Made by a program: the position numbers and the translations under genes. A DNA stretch of 64,000 nucleotides from NCBI RefSeq assembly GCF_963921235.1, contig NC_086108.1:46936001-47000000 (forward strand), in the 5' to 3' direction. The notes beneath the pieces were generated by a model. That model saw nothing but the letters and a program-made list of their open reading frames with translations. It was not told where the DNA came from and made no database searches. Positions within the stretch are counted from its first letter, which is position 1; every line of letters begins with the position of its first letter. Origin of the DNA: Mobula hypostoma. Its lineage: Eukaryota. Below are positions 25,042-38,430 of this stretch, one piece after another.

Positions 25042-28000
25042 TGTTGTAATGTGAGCATTATTAAAAGTAAGTTAATACTAATTAGGATAATGGGGGGTTT
25101 TACTTCCATCCTTTTTTACTTCCGGTGTGCTTTGTATATGGTGTGCCTGCCATGCCCTACGGGTTGTGAAAGCCTCTTTATATACCTAACGGTTTTGAAG
25201 CTCGAGATAATGTTGTTTATTTGGCATGAAGTTGTTGAGTGTTCCTTTTTCAAAGTAGAATTTACCATATATTTTTGGCGACGAGGTGAACTGGTTTTGT
25301 GGACGTGTTGGCATGTTTCGAACAGGAGCAGCAGTGCCAGTAAGGGGCCTCACGTTCAGATGGCTACGTTTGGGACTATTGTTGAATTTGTGGAGTTAAC
25401 GGAGGACTGGCTGGAGTATGAGGAAAGGTTGGGACACTTTTTCTGTGCTAATGGAATTACGGAGGAGGCTAAGAAGCACTCTATTCTCCTGAGTGTGTGT
25501 GGGGCAAAGACTTACAAGCTAATAAGGAATTTAGCCACACCGCAGAAACCGGGGGAAGTTCCATATGACGAACTGGTCAAGCTCGTGAGGAACCACTACA
25601 ATCCGAAACCTTCTGTGATAGTCCAAGGGTGTAAGTTTCACAGCAGTTTCAGGAAGCCAGGTCAGTCTGTGGCTAATTTTGTGGCCGAGCTTCGGCAACT
25701 GTCGGAGCATTGAGATTTCGGAGAGGTGTTGGAAGACATGCTCTGTGATCAATTGGTATGCGGCATTAATAATGCCGACATACAACGCCGCCTGTTAGGG
25801 GAAACCCCACTGCTGACTTTCAAGAAAGCCTTAGAGATTGCCCAAGGCATGGAGATGGCTGCTAATAATATTAAGGATATCGGGTCGCAGTCAGCGGCAG
25901 TGCACCAAGTCAGGAGGGAGACTGGTAAACAGGCAAAGCGGGTGAAATGTTTCCGATTTGTACCATGCAAATGATTGCAAATTTAAAGACTCTGTCTGCC
26001 ATGCTTGTAGCAAAAAGGGACATTTAGCTAGAAAATGCAGAAGTTCAAAGGGTAAAGTTAAGCCTGGGCAGGGGAAAGCCCAACAGGCTCAGGCAGCCAC
26101 ACACCATCTAGAAGATGCAGATGAAGAGGCAGCCTGTGCCTACAACATGTTTGCAGTGGAAACGGATGAGGAACCACCTGAACCATATTATGCCACAGTC
26201 ACTGTCAGGGGAAAGGACGTTAAATTTGAGATTGATTCAGGGGCTACTGCATCAGTCATTAGTGAGGAGACCTACAGGAGGACATAGGGGTCCAACCTGC
26301 CTCCCATTAGACCGTCAAAGCTCAAACTTAGGACCTATACGGGGCAGCCCGTACTTCATTTAGGGGCGTTATATGTGGACATTTCAGCCAGGCGTCAGAA
26401 GGCTGAAGCCAGGCTAGTGATAGCTCAGGGCAGGGGGCCCAGTCTTTTGGGTCGTGATTGGCTTTGCAAAATCCGGCTAAACTGGCATGAAATTAAGTAT
26501 GTACGCACGACAGAGGTCATTCTGCAGCGGTATAGTGACGTTTTCAGGGACGAGCTAGGAACACTGAAGGGCGTGACAGTGAAACTTCATGTCAACCCTG
26601 AGGCTACACCATGTGTTTTTAAGCCCAAGTCGGTGCCCTATGCCATGAAAGGCAAAGTCAAGGAGGAGCTGGAACGTTTACAGAGGCTGGGCATTATTGA
26701 GCCCGTCCAGTTTTCAAGGTGGGCGGCTCCCATTGTTTCAGTTTTGAAGGCAGACAAAACGGTGAGGATATGTGGGAATTATAAGCTTACGGTGAATCAG
26801 GCCTCTAGGCCGGAGGAGTACCCATTGCCTCGGGTGGATGACCTGTTTGCGACCCTGTCGGGGGTAAGCTGTTCACAAAGCTGGACATGAGCCACACCTA
26901 CCAACAGCTGCTGCTCGATGAGGATTCAAAGGAGTACGTCACAATTAATACACACAAGGGATTATTCAAGTACAATCGCCTGGTGTTTGGAGTGGCATCC
27001 AGCCCTGCCATTTTCCAAAGGACAATGGACACTTTGCTGCAGGGGATTCTGCACGTAGCAGTGTACCTTGATGATAGTTTGATCATGGGGGCTACAAATG
27101 CGGAGCATCTGGCTAACTTAGAACGGGTGCTGAAGAGGCTCTCAGACGCAGGGCTACGGTTCAAACATGGAAAATCTGTGTTCCTGGCATCGAGTGTGAC
27201 TTACCTGGGACACAAGATCACAGCTGAGGGGCTTTGCCCCGTGGAGGACAAAGTGAGAGCTATTAAGGAAGCCCCAAGCCCCAAGACCGTCACGGAACTC
27301 AGATCATTTTTGGGCATAGTGAATTATTATGGCAAGTCTCTTCCTGACCTTTCAAGGGTTCTGACCGCACTCTATAAGCTGCTTCACAATGACACTAAGT
27401 GGCAATGGGGTGAAGAGCAGGAGAAAGCTTTCAAGGAAGTGAAAGAACTCCTCCACTCAGTGAAGCTGCTTGTTCACTATGACCCAGACAAGGAGATCAC
27501 CCTGCCATGCGATGCCTCGCCCTATGGAGTCGGGGCAGTTCTCTCACATGTAATGGAGGACCGTTCAGAGAAGCCTATTGGTTTTGCTTCACGTACCCTG
27601 ACAGTTGCAGAGAGGAGATATTCACAGCTAGACAAAGAAGGTCTGGCCATTGTTTTTGCGGTCAAACGCTTTCATCAGTACCTTTATGGAAGTGTATTTA
27701 CAATTTATACAGACCATAACCCACTGATGAGCCTGTTCAGTGAGACTAGAGGCATCCCACCGCTAGCCTCAGCCAGGATACAGCATTGGGCTCTTACTTT
27801 GTCAGCCTACTAGTACACTATAGTGTACAGAGCGGGTGGGAATAATGCAAGTGCTGATGCACTGAGTCGACTACCTTTACCTGAGACACCTGTTACCACA
27901 CATGTGCCTCCAGAGACTGTGTTTACATTGGAGAGGTTCTTTCACTTCCTTAAAAGCTTTCTCCTGCTCTTCACCCCATTGCCACTTAGTGTCATTGTGA

Positions 28001-29827
28001 AGCAGCTTATAGAGTGCGGTCAGAACCCTTGAAAGGTCAGGAAGAGTCACACAGAGACACCTGTAAAGGCGACCCAGATCAAGCAGTGGACAGAGAGGGA
28101 CCCAGTCCTGTCCCACGTCAAGACTTTTCTTTTACAAGGTTGGCCCAGAGTCGTGGAAAGAGAGGAACTGAGACCTTATGCCAAACGCAAGACAGAGCTC
28201 AGTCTGCAGGATGGCTGCATTTTCTGGGGGGCAAGGGTCATCGTGCCTCCCCCTGGCCGTTCACAGATTATGGAGGAAATTCATGAGGCTCACCCAGGAG
28301 TGTCTCGAATGAAAAGCCTTGCAAGATCCTACGTTTGGTGGCCAGGAATGGATCAGGATCTGGAGAACAAGGTAAAATCATGCATGCAGTGTCAGGCTAA
28401 TCAGAAAATGCCACCACCAGCTCCTTTGCATCCATGGGAGTGGCCAGACCACCCCTGGTCTAGGCTACATTTGGACTTTGCTGGCCCTTTTATGCGGCAG
28501 ATGTTTCTTGTAACGGTGGATGCACATTCTAAATGGATCGAAGCTCACATCATGAGCAACGTCACAGCCCCCTCAACCATAGACAAACTCAGGCAAGTGT
28601 TTGCAGTCCATGGGCTGCCTGACACTCTGGTCACAGAAAATGGCCCGACGTTCACTAGTGAACTCTTCAGTGAGTTCATGCGGCAGAATGGCATTCGTCA
28701 CATTCGGACGGCCCCTTTCCACCCAGCCTCTGATGGTTTGGCTGAGCGGGCTGTTCAGACAGTGAAGGAAGGCCTGAAGCGGATGCCAGGGGACTCTCTT
28801 AGCATTCGGCTTTCACGTTTCCTGTTTAAATACCACCTCACACCACAGACTACGACTGCCTGCACTCCAGCAGAGATGCTGATGGGGCGTAGGCCCAAGT
28901 CAAGATTGGACCTGCTGCGCCCGGACATGAAGGCGAAAGTGGAGAGAAAGCAGGAAAAGCAGAAGGAGGGACATGATCAACATGCGCGAGAGAGGCAGTT
29001 AAAACCGGATGACAATGTCTATGTGAGAAACAATCAGCAATGGCTGCCTGGGGTTATTCTTAAGCAGAGTGGTCCCATCTCCTATGTTGTTAAGCTGACT
29101 GATGGGCGTGTTTTCCGCAGACATCAGGACCATGTGCGTCTGCATCATGATACCGGCTCAGAGGCAGACAGTTCCATGGAGTTTCCATTTGTGAGACAGA
29201 CTATGGTGGAAGTATGTCCACCAGTGACTTTGCCAGAAGGCGAGACGCTGGCAGAGGGGTCGAGGTCCCCTGAGGAGGATGGACATTCTCACGCAGACAC
29301 TCAGACCCCTCTCATGCCCCCAAAACCAGATCCACCCAAAACATCCTCACCAGCAGTTCCTGCTGGGTCACTGGTGGTAGTGCGCAGATCACAGAGCACT
29401 CATAAACCTCCTGACAGACTGTATCTTTGACGGGACAGTTCTTTTTTTGTTGTTGTTAGATTGAATGTTGAATCTGTTATGTTTTCCAGATGTTTTGTAT
29501 TGATAAACTGTTGCTGAGATACTAGTATAAGCTTATAGGGGTACGCAAGTTAATAACACCACTGTTTTTATTTAGTAGTTTTTTACATTTGGGGATGTTG
29601 GATTTTAAAGGGGGAGAAGAGTTGTAACGTGAGCATTATTAAAAGTAAGTTAATACTAATTAGGATAATGGGGGTTTTTACTTCCAGTGTGCCTTTGTAT
29701 ATAGTGTGCCTGCCATGCCGTACGTGAAAGCCTCTGTATATACGTAACGGTTTTGAAGTTCGAGATAAAGTTGTTTCTTTGGCATGAAGTTGTCGAATGT
29801 GCCTTTTTCAAAGCAGAAGTTACTACA
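25042..29827 (+). mobile_element. Gypsy/Ty3 LTR retrotransposon, Mag-clade (K02A2.6-like), full length but disrupted
   Basis: LTRs 25042-25269 and 29620-29827; PBS TGGCGACGAGG 25276-25286 (complementary to tRNA-Ser(GCU) 3' end); PPT AAAGGGGGAGAAG 29607-29619; PR-RT-RH-IN order. Confidence 0.96.
25360..29430 (+). pseudogene. gag-pol of the Gypsy element (stops, frameshifts, inverted insertion)
   Basis: Gag MATFG..DWLEYEERL; CCHC CHACSKKGHLARKC; protease IDSGA; RT YLDD; RNase H CDASPYGVGAVL; integrase H-H-C-C, LHLDFAGP, GLAERAVQT. Confidence 0.93.
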
Positions 29828-30111
29828 GTAGTAGCAATAAGAGAGGGAGATGGGCCAAATGCAGACGGATGTGATGGGCTCAGGTGGGGGATCTTGGCTG
29901 GCACAGAGAAGAGCACTGGTTTGCTTTCCATTGTGTTTTAAATTTCTTCCACACTTTAATCAGCAGAGAAGAGTGGAACTGAGCATGGATTTGTTTTCCC
30001 ATCTCTGGCAGCAAGGCGAGCCGTACTTGCTTTCTTGAGGGTCAAGCTTGCCTTTATTTCAGGAGAATGTAAAATCACTTGTTTGTTTAGACAGTTCTAA
30101 AGTATATTTCG

Positions 30112-33100
30112 TAAAGGATGGATGGTTTGGAGTTTGTAAAATGTGTGCAGGATAGTTTTTTGAAGCAATACATAGAGGTACCAACTAGAGAAGGGGCAGT
30201 GTTGGATCTTCTGTCAGGGAATGAGACAGGGCAGGTGACGGAGGTATTTGTTGAGGAGCAATTCGGGTCCAGTGATCACAATACCACTAGTTTCAATATA
30301 ATTATGGAGGATAGGACTGGACCCAGGGTTGAGATTTTTGATTGGAGAAAGGCTAACTTTGAGGAGGTGCGAAAGGATTTAGAAGGAGTGGATTGGGAAA
30401 ATTTGTTTTATGGGAAGGATGTAACAGAGAAATGGAGGTCATTTAAAGGTGAAATTTTGAGGGTTCAGAATCTTTATGTTCCTGTTAGGTTGAAGGGAAA
30501 GGTTAAAAGTTTGAGAGAGCCATGGTTTTCAAGAGATATTAGAAACTCGGTTCAGAAAAAGAGAGGGGTCTTCAATAAATATAGGCAGCACAGAGTTAAT
30601 GAGGTACTCGAGGAACATAAAGAATGTAAAAAGAATCTTAAGAAAGAAATTAGAAAAGCTAAAAGAAGATATGAGGCTGCTTTGGCAAGTAAGGTGAAAA
30701 TAAATCCAAAGGGTTTCTACAGTTATATTAATAGCAAAAGGACAGTGAGGGATAAAATTGGTCTCTTAGAGAATCAGAGTGGACGGCTATGTGCAGAGCT
30801 AAAAGAGATGGGGGAAATTTTGAACAATTTCTTTTCTTCGGTATTCACTAAGGAGAAGGATATTGAATTATGTAAGGTAAAGGAAACAAGTAGGGTAGTT
30901 ATGGAAAATATGACAATTAAAGAAGAGGAAATACTGGCACTTTTAAGGAATATAAAAATGGATAAGTCTCCAGGTCCGGACAAGATATTCCCTAGGACTT
31001 TGAGGGAAGTTAGTGTAGAAATAGCAGGGGCTCTGACAGAAATATTTCAAATGTCATTAGAAACGGGAATGGTGCCGGAGGATTGGCGTATTGCTCATGT
31101 GGTCCATTGTTTAAAAAGGGTTCTAAGAGTAAACCTGGCAATTATTGGCCTGTGAGTTTGACGTCAATAGCGGGTAAATTGATGGAAAGTATTCTTAGAG
31201 ATGGTATATATAATTTTCTGGATAGACAGGGTCTGATTAGGAACAGTCAACATGGATTTGTGCATGGAAGGTCATGTTTGATAAATCTTATTGAATTTTT
31301 TGAAGAGGTTACTAAGAAAGTTGACGAGGGTAAAACGGTGGATGTTGTCTATATGGACTTCAGTAAGGCCTTTGACAAGTTTCCACACGGAAGATTAGTT
31401 AGGAAGGTTCAATCGTTAGGCATTAATATGGAAGTAGTAAAATGGATTCAGCAGTGGCTAGATGGGAGATGCCAGAGAGTAGTGGTGGATAACTGTGTGT
31501 CAGATTGGAGGACGGTGTGTAGCGGTGTGCCTCAGGGATCTGTACTGGGTCCAATGTTGTTTAGAACCATAGAACCATAGAAACTACAGCACAGAAACAG
31601 GCCTTTTTGGCCCTTCTTGGCTATGCCGAACCATTTTCTGCCTTGTCCCACTGACCTGCACACAGACCATATCCCTCCATACACCTCCCATCCATGTATC
31701 TGTCCAATTTATTCTTAAATGTTAAAAAGAACCCACATTTACCACTTCGTCTGGCAGCTCATTCCATACTCCCACCACTCTCTGTGTGAAGAAGCCCCCC
31801 TTAATGTTCCCTTTAAACTTTTCCCCCCTCACCCTTAACCCATGTCCTCTGGTTTTTTTCTCCCCTTGCCTCAGTTGAAAAAGCCTGCTTGCATTCACTC
31901 TATCTATACCCATCATAATTTTATATACCTCTATCAAATCTCCCCTCATTCTTCTACGCTCCAGGGAATAAAGTCCTAACCTATCCAACCTTTCTCTGTA
32001 ACTGAGTTTCTCAAGTCCCAGCAACATCCTTGTAAACCTTCTCTGCACTCTTTCAACCTTATTTATATCCTTCCTGTAATTTGGTGACCAAAACTGAACA
32101 CAATACTCCAGATTCGGCCTCACCAATGCCTTATACAACCTCATCATAACATTCCAGCTCTTATACTCAATACTTTGATTAATAAAGGCCAATGTACCAA
32201 AAGCTCTCTTTATGACCCTATCTACCTGTGATGCCACTTTTAGGGAATCTTGTATCTGTATTCCCAGATCCCTCTGTTCCACTGCACTCCTCAGTGCCTT
32301 ACCATTAACCCTGTATGTTCTACCTTGGTTTGTCCTTCCAACATGCAATACCTCACACTTGTCTGCATTAAACTCCATCTGCCATTTTTCAGCCCATTTT
32401 TCCAGCGGGTCCAAGTCCCTCTGCAGGCTCTGAAAACCTTCCTCACTGTCTACTACACCTCCAATCTTTGTATCATCAGCAAATTTGCTGATACAATTTA
32501 CCACATTATCATCCAGATCATTGATATAGATGACAAATAACAATGGACCCAGCACTGATCCCTGTGGCACAGCACTAGTCACAGGCCTCCACTCCGAGAA
32601 GCAATTCTCTACTACCACTCTTTGGTTTCTTCCATTGAGCCGATGTCTAATCCAATTTACCACCTCTCCATGTATACCTAGCGACTGAATTTTCCTAACT
32701 AACCTCCCATGCGGGACCTTGTCAAAGGCCTTACTCAAGTCCATGGTAGACAATATCCACTGCCTTCCCTTCATCCACTTTCCCGGTTACCTCCTCGAAA
32801 AACTCCAATAGATTGGTCAAACATGACCTACCACGCACAAAGCCATGTTGACTCTCCATAATAAGTCCCTGTCTATCCAAATGCTTGTAGATTCTGTCTC
32901 TTAGTACTCCTTCCAATAACTTACCTACTACCGATGTTAAACTTACTGGCCTATAATTTCCCAGATCACTTTTCGATCCTTTTTTAAACAACTGAACAAC
33001 ATGAGCCACTCTCCAATCCTCCGGCACCTCACCTGTAGACAGCGACATTTTAAATATTTCTGCCAGGGCACCTGCAATTTCAACACTAGTCTCCTTCAAG

Positions 33101-36100
33101 GTCCAAGGGAACACCCTGTCAGGTCCCGGGGATTTATCCACTTTAATTTTCCTCAAGACAGCAAGGACCTCCTCCTTTTCGATCTGTACAGTTTCCATGA
33201 TCTCACTACTTGTTTCCCTTAATTCCACAGACTTCATGCCAGTTTCCTTAGTAAACACAGATGCAAAAAACCTATTTAAGATCTCCCTCATTTCCTGTGG
33301 TTCCTCACATAGCCAACCACTCTGATCTGCAAGAGGACCAATTTTATCCCTTACAATCCTTTTGCTCTTAATATATGTGTAAAAGCTCTTTGGATTATCC
33401 TTCACTTTGACTGCCAAGGCAACCTCATGTCTTCTTTTAGCCCTCCTGATTTCTTTTTTAAGTATTTTCTTGCACTTCTTATACTCCTCAAGCACCTTAT
33501 TTACTCCCTGCTTCCTATACATGTCATACAACTCCCTCTTCTTCTTTATCAGAGTTGCAATATCCCTTGAGAACCAAGGTTCCTATTCACTTTGCCTTTA
33601 ATCCTGACAGGAACATACAAATTCTGCACTCTCAAAATTTCTCCTTTGAAGGCTTCCCACCTACTGATCACATCCTTGCCAGAGGACAACCTGTCCCAAT
33701 CCACGCTTTTTAGATCCTTTCTCATTTCTTCAAATTTGGCCTTCTTCCAGTTAAGAACCTCAACCCTAGGACCAGATCTACCCTTGTCCATGATCAAGTT
33801 GAAACTAATGGTGTTATGATCACTGGAACCAAAGTGCTCCCCTACACAGACTTCTGTCACTTGTCCTAACTTGTTTCCTAATAGGAGATCCAATGTTGCA
33901 TCCCCTCTAGTTGGTCCCTCTATATATTGATTTAGAAAACTTTCCTGAATACATTTTACAAACTCTAAACCATCTAGACCCCTAACAGTATGGGAGACCC
34001 AATCAATATATGGAAAATTAAAATCCCCTACCACCACAACTTTATGTTTCCTGCAGTTGCCTGCTATCTCTCTGCAGATTTGCTCTTCCAATTCTCGTTG
34101 ACTATTGGGTGGTCTGTAATACAATCCCACTAATGTGGCCATACCTTTCCTGTTTCTCAGCTCCACCCACAAGGACTCAGTAGACAAACCCTCTAATCTG
34201 TCCTGCCTGAGCACTGCTGTAGTATTTTCCCTAACAAGCAATGCTACTCCCCCACCTTTCATTCCTCTGCTCTATCACATCTGAAACAGCGGAACCCTGG
34301 AATATTAAGCTGCCAGTCCTGCCCCTCCTGTAGCCAAGTTTCACTAATTGCTATAACATCATAATTCCACGTGTCAAGCCACGCCCTCAACTCATCCGCC
34401 TTCCCCGCAATACTCCTAGCATTGAAATATATACACCTCAGAAGATTTTTACCACCACTCACAACCTTTCTATTAGCGGATTTGCTTGAACTTTTAACAT
34501 CATTTTTTTTCACCCCAGCCACACTGTCAGCTCTGGCACCCTGGTTCCCATCCCCTGCAAATCTAGTTTAAAGCCTCCCCAATAGCATTAACAAACCTCC
34601 CTGAAAGGATATTGGTCCCCCTGTAGTTCAAGTGTAACCCGTCTCTCTTGTACAGGTCCCACCTGCCCCAGAAGAGGTCCCAATGATCCTGAAATCTGAA
34701 ACCCTGCCCCCTACACCAGTTCCTCAGCCACTTGTTCATCCTCCAGAGCATCCTATTCCTACCCTCACTGGCACCTAACACAGGTAGCAATCCTGAGATT
34801 ACCACCCTCGAGGACCTGCTTTTCAACTTCCTACCAAGCTCTCTATACTCACTCTCCAGGACCTCCTCACTCTTCCTTGCTATGTCATTGGTACCGATGT
34901 GCACCATGAGATCTGGCTGATCACCCTTCCACTTCAGAATGTCATGCAAGCGATCAGAAACATCCTTGACCCTGGCACCCGGGAGGCAACAAACCATCCT
35001 GGATTCTCTGTCACGACCACAGAACCTCCTATCTGCACCTCTAACTATCGAGTCCCCTATCACTACCGCTCTCCTCTTTTCCCCCCTCCCTTCTGCACTG
35101 CAGAGCCAGACTCAGTGCCAGAGATCCGGCTACTGCAGCTTGTCCCAGGTAAGTCATCCCCCGCAACAGTATCCAATGCGGTATACTTGTTTTTGAGGGG
35201 AATGGCCACAGAGGAACCCTGCTCTGCCTGCCCCTTCCTCTTCCCTCGCCTGACAGTGACCCAATTTCCTGTCCTCTGCTCCTTTGGCGTAACTACCTCC
35301 CTGTAGCTACTATCTATAATCTCCTCATTCTCCCGAATGATCCGCAGGTCATCCCGCTCCTGCTCCAGTTCCCTAACGCGGTTTGTTAGGAGTTTGTAAT
35401 ATATATTAGTGATCTGGGTGATGGGGTGGTAAATTAGATTAGTAAGCATGCAGATGATACTAAGATAGCTGGTGTTGTGGATGATGAGGTAGGTTTTCAA
35501 AACTTGCAGAGAGATTTAGGACAGTTAGAAGAGTGGGCTGAAAGATGGCAGATGGAGTTTAATGCCAAAAAATGTGAGGTGCTACATTTTGGTAGAACTA
35601 ATCAAAATAGGACATACATGGTAAATGGTAGGGCATTGAAGAATGCAGTAGAACAGAGGGATCTACGAATAATGGTGCATAGTTCCCTGAAGATGGAATC
35701 TCATGTGGATAGGGTGGTGAAGAAAGCTTTTGGTTTGCTGGCCTTTATTAATCAGAGCATTGAGTATAGGAGTTGGGATGTAATGTTGAATTTGTATAAG
35801 GCATTGGTAAGGCCAAATCTGGAGTATTCTGTACAGTTCTGGTCACCAAATTCTAGGAAAGATGTCAATAAAATTGAGAGAGTACAGAGGAGGTTTACTA
35901 AAATGTTGCCTGGGTTTCATCTCCTAAGTTACAGAGAAAGGTTGAACAAGTTAGGTCTTTATTCTTTGGAGCGCAGAAGCTTGAGGGGGGACTTGATAGA
36001 GGTGTTTAAAATTATGAGGGGGATTGATAGAGTTGACGTGGTTAGACTTTTTCCATTGAGAGTGGGGAAGATTCAAACAAGAGGACATGGGTTGAGAATT

Positions 36101-36371
36101 AGAGGACAAAAGTTTAGGGGTAACTTGAGGGGGAACTTCTTTACTCAGAGAGTGGTCGCTATGTGGAATGAGCTTCCAGCAGAAGTGGTTGAGGCAGGTT
36201 CGATGTTATCGTTTAAAGTTAAATTGGATAGATATATGGACAGGAAAGGAATGGAGGGTTATGGCCTGAGTGCAGGTCGGTGGGACTAGGATAGGGTAAG
36301 AGTTCGGCATGGACTAGAAGGGCTGAGATGGCCTGTTTCCATGCTGTAATTATTATATGGTTATATGGTTA
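30112..36371 (+). mobile_element. CR1 LINE A (30112-31562 plus 35392-36371), host of a nested antisense CR1
   Basis: ORF2 pieces 30118-31155, 31083-31580 (to GVPQGSVLGPMLF) and 35477-36289; tail (TTATATGG)n at ~36352-36371. Confidence 0.95.
31563..35391 (-). mobile_element. CR1 LINE B, near full length (ORF1 esterase plus ORF2 APE-RT), frameshifted
   Basis: ORF1 SGNH esterase IGDSIVR..HIGTND..DGLHLN (34563-35063); APE YFNARS..ISETWL, GDFN, SDH; RT KFADD; tail (CTATGGTT)n at 31563-31582; GTTT duplicated at both junctions. Confidence 0.96.
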
Positions 36372-37084
36372 AAGGGAAATTACAGGCTGCGGATTGCAGC
36401 AATCATAGTTCAGAAGAAGTATATCTCATAGAATATCTAGAAGTTTTGTGAGCTGCCCGCGAAACACCGCTGTGTGTTTCCAGTTCCATCTTGAATATTT
36501 CCTGTCCATGTACCTGTCCAAATGTCTCTAAATACTGTAATAATACCCTTGTTTACCACTTCCTCTGGTAGTTTGTTGGCAGTCAAAGTATTTGTTTTGC
36601 GGGATGGTCAGAGCTTTTGTCCTTTCCACATGATAGGATTTACATCTGAAGCTCTGCTTCAGTGCCTCACACAAAGTACAGGAGATCCGTGCAAGATGAG
36701 TACAGACAATTCCATTGGCCATTGGTCAGCACAGTGGCTGGCCGCAATACCTGGTCAATGTTATCTTTGTAATTTTAATGCCACATGTGCACTGTATACA
36801 AAGTTATCTATCTTTGACATTTGGCTTCCTACACAAGATTCTTTAGGCTCTTTTTAAATACTGTGAATACTTGCAACCGCAATGAAGATCCTTGCAGGAG
36901 TATTTACCCGCTACCAATTTGAACATCTGCTCTGTCAATCTGTGATTTAGGTTCAATTCCATAACTTCAGTTAACAAAGGAACTTTTCTGAATGTGATCT
37001 GGAATATTAAAAAAAATGTTTAAAAAGTCACTTCAAAAAATTTAAACATATTCATCCGATCCCTATCCTTTAGAACTAATAAAT

Positions 37085-38019
37085 GGAAGCGATTCTGCAG
37101 AAGCTGGAAATCCGGTGTAACACATGCAGAATGCACTCACAAATATCTACAGAGAGTACTCGAACTGACTGCACCACCACCTGGTATGGGGAGGGTGGCC
37201 ACTGCACTGAATTGAAAGAAGTTGCAGAAAGTTGTAAAATTAGTCAGCTCCATCATGGGCACTAACCTCTTCAGCATCCAAGACATCTTCAAGGAGCGAT
37301 GCCACAAAAATATGGCATCCACCATTAAGGACTCCCGTCAACCAGGACATGTCAGCTTCTCATTGCCACCATTTGGGAGGAGGTGCTGGAGCCTGAAGGC
37401 ACACATTCACCAATTCAGGAACAGCTTCTTCTGCTCCGCCATCCAACTTCTAAATGGACTTGAACTACCTCACTACTCCTTTTTCTCTTTTTGCACTACT
37501 TACTTAACTTTTAAAATACATATATATATTTAAAAATATATATACACATTTATTACTGTAATTTACAGTTTTGTTATTATGTATTGCAATATACTGCTGC
37601 CGCACAACAACAAATTTCATGACATTTGTCAGTGATATTAAGCCTGATTCTGATTCTGAATTCAGCGGGTCAGGCAGCATCTATGAAAGGGAATAAATAG
37701 TTGGCGTTTTGGGCCGAGACCCTTCATACTGTATCTTTGCTCCTTCTTCTTCAGCCCTTTACCTTTTCCACCTATCACCTCCCGGCTTCAGGTTCATCTC
37801 CCCCCCCCCCCACAGCCCCCTCCCACCCACACACCCACCTGGCTTCACCTATCATCTTATATATTGTACTCCTCCCCCTCCCCCTACCTTCTTGTTCTTG
37901 TTTCTTTCCCCTTCTTTTCCAGGCTTGATGAAGGGTCTCAGCCAGAAGCATTGATTGTTTATTCCCATCCGTAGATGCTGCCTGACCTGCTGAGCTCCTC
38001 CAACATTGTGTATGTGTTA
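37085..38019. mobile_element. PLE 3' end with inverted pLTR, split by a Rex1 insertion
   Basis: Minus arm 37085-37135 plus 37660-37728; plus-strand pyrimidine-rich UTR and pLTR 37730-38019 with TTGATGAAGGGTCTCAGCCAGAAG. Confidence 0.72.
37136..37658 (+). mobile_element. Rex1/Babar LINE 3' fragment
   Basis: LQKVVKL.SSIMGT.L.SIQDIFKERC..FRNSFF.SAI.LLN; tail (TGATTC)n. Confidence 0.85.
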
Positions 38020-38134
38020 ACCTTCAGAAATCCATTGATTTCATTCTCGCATTCAAGGTCTTCCATTTTAGGAGTTATCATTACCCAAAGGGATGTCTGC
38101 ACTTATGAAGCGAAAAGCCAACTAAACTTGCAGC

Positions 38135-38430
38135 TTCAAAGTTAAAGTCAAGTTTATTGTCGTAAGCATGTATACACAGGTGCAATGCAAAATTTACTTG
38201 TAGCGGCATCACTGACACAACATCATATAAGCAGCATTCTCAAAAAAACATTTTTTTTACAAAAAAAACACGATCAGAACAAAAAAATAATTTTAGTGCA
38301 AAGTGATCAACGTGGTTATTGTGTTGTTAGAATGTAGTGAATGTAGTGAACATGTAGTATCCAGCTGGTTCATAAAGTGAATGGTTGAAGGGAACTAGCT
38401 GTTCTTAAACCTGTTGGTATGGGACTTTAG
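38135..38430 (-). mobile_element. Rex1-type 3' UTR remnant
   Basis: TTCAAAGTT..TTTATTG tail and GGTTCA...ATGGTTGAAGGGAA.TAGCTGTTCTT.AACCTG (antisense of RFRNSYFP). Confidence 0.55.

Noticed and set aside
24048..25109. 353-aa minus-strand ORF with repeats and hydrophobic stretch
   Set aside because: Chance fusion of LTR antisense, minisatellite, T-rich UTR and RTE ORF remnant.
34563..35063. SGNH/GDSL esterase as a host or horizontally acquired gene
   Set aside because: It is the standard esterase domain of CR1 ORF1, directly upstream of APE-RT.
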